From: a virus
Lineage: Duplodnaviria; Caudoviricetes
Direction: 5' to 3' (one strand)
Length of the DNA stretch: 24,094 nt
IMG/VR virus record: IMGVR_UViG_3300017909_000129
Span: 1-24,094 of that record
Positions 17,165-24,094 of the stretch are shown piece by piece. Both the position numbers and the translations under genes were made by a program. Below the pieces are notes generated by a model. The model worked only from the letters and a program-made list of their open reading frames with translations, was not told the DNA's origin and made no database searches. Position 1 is the first letter of the stretch, and every line of letters starts with the position of its first letter.

Positions 17165-17524
17165 ATGAAAACACAATTATCAAAGAACATAACTGGTAGA
17201 GGTTTCTACAGAGATTATGTAAACAAAGCACCTCACCCAACAAATATACATTTTATATTTGAAAGAGGTCTTTCTAAGTCACATTTTTATGGTTGGAATA
17301 CAGATGTACCAGCTTGGGATATCAAGTTTACTCTTGATGGTTCTAATTATGAAAATGTTGGGGTTATAACAGTATTTGCAGATGGTGTTAAAGGTTCACT
17401 AGATGATACTACAGACACATTGTTAGATGTTTCTGGTAAAGACCCATTTGAGTTATTTGTAGAATTAGTAAACAAAGCTGATTTTGCAAAGTTGGAAGAT
17501 AAATTTTTTCATAAGTTTTATTAA
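17165..17524 (+). CDS. Hypothetical protein, first gene of the inverted cassette (119 aa)
   Basis: Promoter and SD upstream; no family recognised. Confidence 0.75.
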   Translation: MKTQLSKNITGRGFYRDYVNKAPHPTNIHFIFERGLSKSHFYGWNTDVPAWDIKFTLDGSNYENVGVITVFADGVKGSLDDTTDTLLDVSGKDPFELFVELVNKADFAKLEDKFFHKFY

Positions 17525-17536
17525 TAGGGGGCAAAA

Positions 17537-17926
17537 ATGATAAACTTTACAACACAAACTGAATATCAAGGTTCAAATGTAGCAGAATTATTAGCTGAAG
17601 GCTTTCCAATGGGTTCAGAGTTTTGTACTTTTAAGCAAGCAGTACAATATTACAACCTTACTGGTAAAGAATTAGCAGGTGCTAAATCATGTGCTACACT
17701 TAGAAAGTTGGTAACTAAAGATGAAATCAAAGATGGTAAGAAAATTAAAAAGCAAGTAATGAGAGCATTTCGTGTTTTTGAAAAGAACCATCTTATAGAA
17801 ACTATGCTTAAAAATGGTCATGCACCTTTTGAGGGTACAGACGAGCAAGAGTATAATGCAGACATTGAAGCATACGATATTGGTAGTTACTACTGTAATC
17901 AACTTCTAGGAAAGGGTGGGGTTTAA
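17537..17926 (+). CDS. ArdC-N (DUF1738)-like ssDNA-binding domain protein with acidic tail (129 aa)
   Basis: N.TT...YQG.N...L, F.TFKQA, G.K, F.VF motifs in the order seen in ArdC N-terminal domains; SD AGGGGG. Confidence 0.65.
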   Translation: MINFTTQTEYQGSNVAELLAEGFPMGSEFCTFKQAVQYYNLTGKELAGAKSCATLRKLVTKDEIKDGKKIKKQVMRAFRVFEKNHLIETMLKNGHAPFEGTDEQEYNADIEAYDIGSYYCNQLLGKGGV

Positions 17927-17935
17927 CCCCTCCCT
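17913..17935 (+). other. GC-rich RNA hairpin over the stop codon of 17537..17926
   Basis: AGGGTGGGG-TTTAA-CCCCTCCCT (8 pairs, one mismatch), immediately followed by SD AAGGAG of the next gene; no U-tract on the plus strand. Confidence 0.5.
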
Positions 17936-17946
17936 AAGGAGTTATT

Positions 17947-18138
17947 ATGGATAATTTATACACAAGAAAAATAATGCTTAATACTGCAAGACACTACAAC
18001 GTAATGAAAGAATATTGGGGTATATATAGAGAACTCAAAGAGATTTACGGAGATAGTGATTCTGATGCATTTGTTAATGCTATGAAACCAAGATTAAGAA
18101 AAGTAATAGAAAAACAAATAGAAAGAGAAAGAAGATGA
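17947..18138 (+). CDS. Small hypothetical protein (63 aa)
   Basis: SD AAGGAG; ATGA overlap with the next gene. Confidence 0.7.
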   Translation: MDNLYTRKIMLNTARHYNVMKEYWGIYRELKEIYGDSDSDAFVNAMKPRLRKVIEKQIERERR

Positions 18139-18368
18139 CAAAAGAAAAAATTACAAGAGCAGAGGCAGAAAACCTTGTTTCAACAAGAGGTTTTACTTGG
18201 GAGCAGATAAATGAGATGTTTGATGTTACCAGTAATCCACGCAGTTATACATTTACTGTAGAGAAAGAAAGGCAGTTTGCCATAAAAGTATTAAATGTAA
18301 TTTCTAATCTATCTTTAAGGGAAAGAGAAAGAGTATTGCAAAGAGCCATTAAAGTTAATAAAGTTTAA
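18135..18368 (+). CDS. Small basic hypothetical protein (77 aa)
   Basis: Coupled to the upstream gene (ATGA); ends just before the convergent hairpin. Confidence 0.7.
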   Translation: MTKEKITRAEAENLVSTRGFTWEQINEMFDVTSNPRSYTFTVEKERQFAIKVLNVISNLSLRERERVLQRAIKVNKV

Positions 18369-18382
18369 TTATACTCCCCTTG

Positions 18383-18412
18383 TAACCCTCATTATTTATT
18401 TGGTGGGGGTTA
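18383..18412 (+). terminator. Hairpin between convergent transcription units
   Basis: TAACCCTCATTA-TTTATT-TGGTGGGGGTTA: 12-pair stem including three G-U pairs that form only in plus-strand RNA; weak U-tract. Confidence 0.6.
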
Positions 18413-18661
18413 ATATATTCTTGCTTCTACATTATTAAGCATATCCAAAATATCTTCAGTAAATAATTTTCTTTCTTGTCTTAGTGCAGTTTTAAGCAAT
18501 ACCTCATAATTAGAAAGTATATTTCCTTTTGTATAATCTACATTAATTGGTAAAAGTTCATAAGCATTTTTATATTTCTTATTATATGTATTTAATAGTT
18601 CGTTAACTGCTTTATCATCTATAAATTCTTGCTCTAAATAAAACTCTGGGTTAGTTGCCAT
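18410..18661 (-). CDS. Small protein downstream of MuF-peptidase; candidate immunity/partner protein (83 aa)
   Basis: Overlaps the MuF 3' end by 11 nt; GGAG and AAGG elements upstream; helical, no known motif. Confidence 0.55.
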   Translation of the reverse strand: MATNPEFYLEQEFIDDKAVNELLNTYNKKYKNAYELLPINVDYTKGNILSNYEVLLKTALRQERKLFTEDILDMLNNVEARIY

Positions 18662-20507
18662 CTACCTTACTCCTTAATAATTCTGCCATACCATCAATAT
18701 CATTTCTTTGATATAGCTCAAATAATTCATCAAACGATTTGGTCATATTAGGTGCATACATTTTCATTAGTTTTTTAAATACTTTGGCTCTTTTACCTCC
18801 TATAAGTGCTGTATAATTTGCCATTGCTTCAGTTGTATGACCTATGCTTACACCTCTTTCAACTTTATAAAACTGACCATAATACGATTTACCATGACCA
18901 AAACCAATCTTTGCATTTGATATTGCTTCAAGATAATCAGAAAAATAAAGCATATCATCATTAAAAAGATTTACACCTCTTGTTTCAGTTAAGAAACTTT
19001 TAATATCATTATTTCTCAAGTATATTGCCATTCTTTTGAGCTTTATTTGTTTCATTTGACCTAACTGCATCTGATTCAATAATTGCCCATCTGCTAATTC
19101 ATTTAAATCATCAAAATCTAATCCAGTTCCTTTAAATTCTTTATTAATTATATCTTTTGTTTCCATATCGTAATCTGCTTTTCTAAGCTGACCAGTTGAT
19201 ACAAATTCTAACTTTCCATTTTTATCTCTTTTAACTCCAGTTAAACCAAATTTTGACATATCTCTATTTACATTTTTACCGATATCGTCCTTATCAAATT
19301 TCTTTTGGAATTTTCTATCTTTTAAAACATCTTTACTTAAATACCCAGAAATGTAATCAAGACCCTTATATTTATCTGGCATATCAAAATAAATGCCTTT
19401 ATCTTGCATTTTAGTCATAATATTACTTGAATTATCTGTATCCATAACATGACCCACTTCATGTCGCCATGTAGTTTTTCTATTTCCAACATCTAAATGT
19501 TCCAATATATCTGATTGTGATGCACTTCTGGCACCCATACCTATTTCGTTTCTGTCAGCATATGCTCTGCCAACTCCATATTTAACTTTTATTGGTTGTA
19601 TATATTTAATTGTTTTAAATGGTGTTGATGAACGATTCCAATCAGCATTTTCTTGAAATAATAATTCATCTTTATTTGTTTGACCAAAAGGATTAACTGG
19701 CTCTGGTATTGGTTTTTGTGCAGTATTTTCATCCACAACAAAATCTTCTGGCTCTATATATACAACTACACATCTACAATTTATAACTTCAGATGCTCCA
19801 CCTTTTGGGTCTCCTGCATACTGCATCTCTTTTCCACCAACTATAAATGGGTCATCTATAGATACAGTTTGCCCATTTGCTTGATTATGTGTGCTTCTTG
19901 TTCTTGGGTCATTACTTGAAACCCATCTTTTCTGCATACTAGGTTCTTCAAAGTTTCTGGCTTGAGCATGAATTGCAAAAGATGATACTGTATGTGTTTC
20001 TGTTCGTGCAATAGTATTTGCCCTAGCTCTCGTAAACCGTGGACTCATTCTTTCATTAATTGCATTAGCAATAGCACCTACACCTTCATCTCTATTGGCA
20101 AGTATTGTATTAGCTATTATTTCTCTGGTTGTTTCTGATATCCCTACTATTCTTACACCACCAAGTGTTTTCATATATTGCGAGTAGATGAGGTCGTAAT
20201 CTTGTGTCGCTTTCTGTGCCATTCTCTGAGTGAACATTCTCTGGGCAAATGTTTTGATGCAGTCCATATAAAATGGCTCAAGAACGGACTGAATATTAGG
20301 CAATATACGTCTACTATAGACTTCAAAGCCTTGTAGACCACCGTTAATATACGAATTACTGGCATCAGAGCCAATTTGTGAAAAAGTGCGAATTAACCTA
20401 AAGTTAAGATTCCTTTCGTACCCTTTTCTGAGTCTGTTTACCTCTCTGTATTCCTTCCTCACAGAGATTTTTTTCATTCGTTGTTTGAATTGTAGATTTG
20501 TTTTCAT
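18651..20507 (-). CDS. MuF / SPP1 gp7-like minor head protein fused to a C-terminal zincin-like metallopeptidase (618 aa)
   Basis: MuF motifs RA.TIARTET, K.W....D.RTR.TH...NGQ, F.VGG, P.G...EVINCRC (to about residue 250); then HEVGH (349-353), GHG.SYY and TEAMAN (E560). Confidence 0.88.
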   Translation of the reverse strand: MKTNLQFKQRMKKISVRKEYREVNRLRKGYERNLNFRLIRTFSQIGSDASNSYINGGLQGFEVYSRRILPNIQSVLEPFYMDCIKTFAQRMFTQRMAQKATQDYDLIYSQYMKTLGGVRIVGISETTREIIANTILANRDEGVGAIANAINERMSPRFTRARANTIARTETHTVSSFAIHAQARNFEEPSMQKRWVSSNDPRTRSTHNQANGQTVSIDDPFIVGGKEMQYAGDPKGGASEVINCRCVVVYIEPEDFVVDENTAQKPIPEPVNPFGQTNKDELLFQENADWNRSSTPFKTIKYIQPIKVKYGVGRAYADRNEIGMGARSASQSDILEHLDVGNRKTTWRHEVGHVMDTDNSSNIMTKMQDKGIYFDMPDKYKGLDYISGYLSKDVLKDRKFQKKFDKDDIGKNVNRDMSKFGLTGVKRDKNGKLEFVSTGQLRKADYDMETKDIINKEFKGTGLDFDDLNELADGQLLNQMQLGQMKQIKLKRMAIYLRNNDIKSFLTETRGVNLFNDDMLYFSDYLEAISNAKIGFGHGKSYYGQFYKVERGVSIGHTTEAMANYTALIGGKRAKVFKKLMKMYAPNMTKSFDELFELYQRNDIDGMAELLRSKVDGN

Positions 20508-22395
20508 CTCTTGCTTTCATAATCTGATCTCGCTTTCTTTTAGAGAATGCAAAACCTTCATCTCCACCCCATAAATCCCAAGCGATTCTCCCATTACTAG
20601 GAAAACCTTTTTCTCCTTGTCTAAAGCCTTCTGCTCTTTTATCTACCTCGTGTCTTGAAAAAAAGGAATACATTCTTAATATTGTTGATTCTGATAAATT
20701 TTCCTTATTTACGAGTTGTCTTGCTCTGGCTAAACCAACAGCAGTTCCCCCTCTTTTAAATTCTTTTCTCCATTCTAATGCCCTCCTTGCATTATCAGCC
20801 ATCGCTGATGTAGGTTGAAATGTTAATCTTTTTTCCTCTTTAGAGAAATTAAGTGATTCACCTTCTGGCATAGCTTCCCACTTTAAACACCAATATTCGC
20901 CTCTTACTATTGCATCAAACTTTGTACAATATAGTTCTTTATGGTCTTTAAATTCACTCTGCATCTCTTGTTCTTCTTCTGGTTTACCCAATCTTACATA
21001 TTTACAGTTTTGGCATTTATATGTATTTGTAGAATAAGAATAGGCAGGTGGTAAATTACTGTCCACTTCTTCTCCATCTGGATATGTATCCAATTTACTC
21101 CCATAAGCATCTTCGTATAATCTTTTGGCTACATCATCATTATTAGATGTTGGTGGCTCAGGAACCTCGCTTCCAAGTGGAAATAGATTTGCACCAATAT
21201 AAACTTCATCACCACCTTTAATTGGCTCAAGACCTAATCTTTCTCTTGCTTCATTTCTAGTTATAATACCTTTATCAACTGCTGTAATTACATTATCGTA
21301 TATCATTCTACGTCTTTCAGTAATCGCAGGGATATTATCTATATCATATTTTAACTCTAAATCCTCTCCATACATTGGTACAAGCCATTCATTTAAATCA
21401 CTTTGTATATGCTTTAATAGAGGAATAATAGTTTCTTCATATAATGCTAATCTTGCTTCTGCCATATTAGAATATGTTTGACTGTCTGGAATACCTACTA
21501 ATTGTGCAGGAACCCCAAAACATAAAGCAATATCTCTTGCACTAAAGTTTTTCATAGATGCAAAATCCATATCTTTAGGTGTAAGACCCATTTCCTTATA
21601 GTCAAAATCACCTTCAAGAATTAATGTTCTGCCACTATTGTTACTACCTTCAAATCTATGTTTTAAATCTGCTCTGAGCATTTCTCTCTGACTATCTGAA
21701 AGCATAGTCATATTTCCTGCTTCATCTTTTGGTTTATAGACAACTGCACCACTTGGTCTTGCACCATTCATAAGTAACATAACATTATGTCTGTTGGATA
21801 AATTATGTTGGTCAATATCAGTAGATGCTGCCTTTAAAGGACTTAATCCATAATAATCATCTAAAGGATTAAATAGTTTTATTTGCTTTACATCACTTTC
21901 GCCAGTACTGGTATTAACTTCATATTTTGCACTTACTTGCCCATTTACAACATATTCATAAGCCATTGGTATCATTCGTTGACTTGGGACAATTCTCATT
22001 CTATCTGGTCTCATAGTGTACAACTCTTGTGGCATACCTTCGTCCGGACCAGTTTTAAGCAAATAACTATTTCCACTTAATAAAAGATAAGAATAAACAA
22101 TCTGAAAAAACTCTGATTGACTACACATTGGATTAGGTCGCTCTAATAAATCCAAAAGTGGGCTATCTTCTATTGGTTGGTCACCTCTAAATAAATTAAA
22201 TTTTACTGCAGATGCTCCGTTAGCAATTTCATTAACACATCTAAAAACAATTGCATTATCTTGGTAACCATCTTTGGCTAAATCGCTATAACTCATTTTT
22301 GGTTGTGTTTGTGTGCCAACATTAGAATATGCGATCATTGGACTTTGCTTTACTTGGTTAATAAACAAAGCCTTCCATGCTTCTTTAAATCCCAT
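20404..22395 (-). CDS. HK97-family portal protein with long modular C-terminal extension (663 aa)
   Basis: N.IVFRCV..IA, LL.RPNP, LL.GN.Y, D.YGLSPL, NGARPSG, GLTPKDMDF, IA..FGVP, TYSN, IT.NEAR..LGL.P..GGD (core ends near residue 400); SD AGGAG. Confidence 0.95.
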   Translation of the reverse strand: MGFKEAWKALFINQVKQSPMIAYSNVGTQTQPKMSYSDLAKDGYQDNAIVFRCVNEIANGASAVKFNLFRGDQPIEDSPLLDLLERPNPMCSQSEFFQIVYSYLLLSGNSYLLKTGPDEGMPQELYTMRPDRMRIVPSQRMIPMAYEYVVNGQVSAKYEVNTSTGESDVKQIKLFNPLDDYYGLSPLKAASTDIDQHNLSNRHNVMLLMNGARPSGAVVYKPKDEAGNMTMLSDSQREMLRADLKHRFEGSNNSGRTLILEGDFDYKEMGLTPKDMDFASMKNFSARDIALCFGVPAQLVGIPDSQTYSNMAEARLALYEETIIPLLKHIQSDLNEWLVPMYGEDLELKYDIDNIPAITERRRMIYDNVITAVDKGIITRNEARERLGLEPIKGGDEVYIGANLFPLGSEVPEPPTSNNDDVAKRLYEDAYGSKLDTYPDGEEVDSNLPPAYSYSTNTYKCQNCKYVRLGKPEEEQEMQSEFKDHKELYCTKFDAIVRGEYWCLKWEAMPEGESLNFSKEEKRLTFQPTSAMADNARRALEWRKEFKRGGTAVGLARARQLVNKENLSESTILRMYSFFSRHEVDKRAEGFRQGEKGFPSNGRIAWDLWGGDEGFAFSKRKRDQIMKARDENKSTIQTTNEKNLCEEGIQRGKQTQKRVRKES

Positions 22396-22404
22396 TTAGG
22401 TCTC

Positions 22405-23706
22405 CTATGTAACTCTCCATATCGCTTGACCAGACGATTTGCTGAGTTCAGTCAACCCCCACACTAGGGCATCAAGCCTATCTGGTGAACTTCTACTGTC
22501 AATAGTAAAAGAACACATTTGGTCTTCAAGTTTGGCAAAATAACCAATATGGCTTACTTTACCTTGCTCATATAATGCAGAGATTGGTTCTGCTCTTACC
22601 AACTTACCTTTAGATGCTCTTACTGCCCTGTAAGGAATACTTGCATCTACAGTTCTAAGCAATCGCTCCACCAAATCGCCACCATTATTCACTTCTGCAA
22701 TAACTCTATCTGCTTCATACTTATAAAAAGCCTCTACAACAGTTTTTGCCCAAGTATCTGCACTCATTCTAGCAGATAAATCTTCTAAAATATAGTACCT
22801 ATTATCAAATCCTTTTCCACTAACAATTATACCAGTTTCATCTGAGCCTTCATTATTGGTAACTGCAGGGTCAACACTTATAATAATTCTCTGCATTTTG
22901 TCTGGTATTTCTTTCAATCTCTTATCTTCTATAAGTTTTGGATTCCATAAAGCACCTTCAACTTCAGTTAGAACCTCTGCAAATAGTTCTTGTCTACCTA
23001 GAGTTGTACCTTCATATTTATCTCTTAATTGTTGTAATGCACTTTCTGCAAGATTTGCTTCATTATCAAATGTACTACCAGTTTGCACAAATACATCTTT
23101 ACCTTTTCTTTCAATCAAATCAGTAATTATCTTTGTTGGTCTAGGTGTAGTTGTAATTACAAGTTTTGGATTATCTCCAAGTCGTAATCCAAACATCATC
23201 TGGTCAAATGACTCTGCATATCGCCAAGCTGCCATTTCATCTGCCCATATTCTATGAAATTGTGGTCCTCTTAATCTGTCTGGCTCTATTGCAGCATATC
23301 CTTGTATTACTGAACCATTCCATAATCTTAATTCCATAGCACTTCTATTATAGGCTTTTCCAGTATCAATTAAGCATTCTTTAGGAACTAATTTTAATAA
23401 GCCAGATGGTCCTTCAAAACAGACTCGTCTTAGGTCACCACTAGTAGGTGCAACCACTCCACAAATAGAATTTGGTCTTTGCATAGCATATGTGAGTATG
23501 TTTTCTGCACCAGTTCTGGTCTTTCCCCAACCTCTTCCTGCTAATATTAACCAAATTGCCCAATCACCTAATGGCTCTATCTGAGTTGGTCTGGCTTGTT
23601 GTGACCATATAGTTCTATTATAAAAGGCAACGGTTTCTTGTTCTTCAAAATCCTGTGTGAGTTTTTCAAGATAATTATAATCTATATTTTCTGCAAGGTT
23701 ATTCAT
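22405..23706 (-). CDS. terL: Terminase large subunit (433 aa)
   Basis: Walker A AGRGWGKT, LRGPQFH and Walker B IWADE, coupling motif TTTP, RNase H-like nuclease ISVDPA...DETGI...E.NNGG...DRLDA. Confidence 0.97.
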   Translation of the reverse strand: MNNLAENIDYNYLEKLTQDFEEQETVAFYNRTIWSQQARPTQIEPLGDWAIWLILAGRGWGKTRTGAENILTYAMQRPNSICGVVAPTSGDLRRVCFEGPSGLLKLVPKECLIDTGKAYNRSAMELRLWNGSVIQGYAAIEPDRLRGPQFHRIWADEMAAWRYAESFDQMMFGLRLGDNPKLVITTTPRPTKIITDLIERKGKDVFVQTGSTFDNEANLAESALQQLRDKYEGTTLGRQELFAEVLTEVEGALWNPKLIEDKRLKEIPDKMQRIIISVDPAVTNNEGSDETGIIVSGKGFDNRYYILEDLSARMSADTWAKTVVEAFYKYEADRVIAEVNNGGDLVERLLRTVDASIPYRAVRASKGKLVRAEPISALYEQGKVSHIGYFAKLEDQMCSFTIDSRSSPDRLDALVWGLTELSKSSGQAIWRVT

Positions 23707-24089
23707 TTATTCTTATTTCTTGCCATTTCTTGTACTATTTGTAATGCCTCAGATAGTTTTGTTTCGCCTTTATCTTCTGTAACTATGTCGTGTTTATCTC
23801 TCTGCCCTAACAACTGCTTTCCTAACCATATAGCCATAGTAGCATTATTTGTTTCATCCATAATCTGTAGTTGCTTTCTTCTAACTGATAATTTACCTTG
23901 TGCCCTACCTTTTTCTATTGCAGTTCTTACCTCTTGATCATTTTTAAATCTATCTTCAAGAGTTCTTAAAGGAATATCAAAGAAATGTGCTATTTCTGGC
24001 ATTGTACAGTTTAAAGTGCAAAGTTTTTGCAACTCTGGGATATTAATATCTACCTTTGGTCTGCCAACTTTTTTAATTTCTTTTGCCAT
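23703..24089 (-). CDS. terS: Terminase small subunit (128 aa)
   Basis: GRP start, HTH-like CT..EIA.FF.I..RTL, oligomerisation M.IWLGKQ.LGQ.D; ATGA overlap with terL. Confidence 0.85.
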   Translation of the reverse strand: MAKEIKKVGRPKVDINIPELQKLCTLNCTMPEIAHFFDIPLRTLEDRFKNDQEVRTAIEKGRAQGKLSVRRKQLQIMDETNNATMAIWLGKQLLGQRDKHDIVTEDKGETKLSEALQIVQEMARNKNK

Positions 24090-24094
24090 TCTTT

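Noticed and set aside
20460-20507. Portal-MuF fusion by slippage at A AAA AAT
   Set aside because: MuF is in the +1 frame relative to the portal; a -1 shift would not enter it and no +1 signal is evident.
9850-22407. Genome-wide TAG reassignment
   Set aside because: TAG ends terL, the tail tube gene and the short chaperone at the expected positions, and long genes are uninterrupted in the standard code.
1007-23937. Many plus-strand ORFs in the track (e.g. 1007..1276, 1402..1680, 15832..16305, 22856..23257) and nested minus-strand ORFs (2628..2873, 17687..17902, 20171..20374)
   Set aside because: They lie antisense to, or inside, well-supported genes, lack recognisable motifs and have the composition expected of shadow frames.
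1-24094. CRISPR array, tRNA/rRNA, integrase or transposase, intron/intein, diversity-generating retroelement repeats
   Set aside because: None seen by eye: intergenic gaps are too short, terL and capsid have normal lengths, and no reverse transcriptase or long near-identical repeat pair was noticed. A computed repeat and covariance-model scan was not possible.

Overview
AT-rich fragment of a tailed dsDNA phage (siphovirus-type, HK97-fold head). Almost the whole virion-morphogenesis operon lies on the minus strand, read from the right end: terminase small and large subunits, portal, MuF/SPP1-gp7-like head protein with a small partner gene, prohead protease, major capsid, decoration protein, head-tail connectors, tail terminator, TP901-1-like tail tube, tail chaperones joined by a -1 frameshift, tape measure, distal tail/hub proteins, a large tail-tip protein and a cluster of fibre/receptor-binding genes that runs off the left end. 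Several core genes resemble the alphaproteobacterial gene-transfer-agent (RcGTA) type by motif recall, and the fibre genes resemble those of marine low-GC phages; the host is not determinable from sequence alone. The most unusual content is in the head module. (i) The portal has about 250 extra C-terminal residues, including a four-Cys HiPIP-like (iron-sulfur) motif and a second helical module. (ii) MuF carries an HExxH metallopeptidase and is followed by a candidate immunity gene. (iii) The protease and a neck-region ORF carry further small Cys/His modules, and E-x-K motifs like those in the capsid delta domain sit at several module junctions, suggesting protease-released capsid cargo. (iv) An oppositely transcribed four-gene cassette with its own strong sigma70-type promoter, encoding a stand-alone ArdC-N-like domain, interrupts the late operon. 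All family assignments come from reading motifs by eye; no searches were run.
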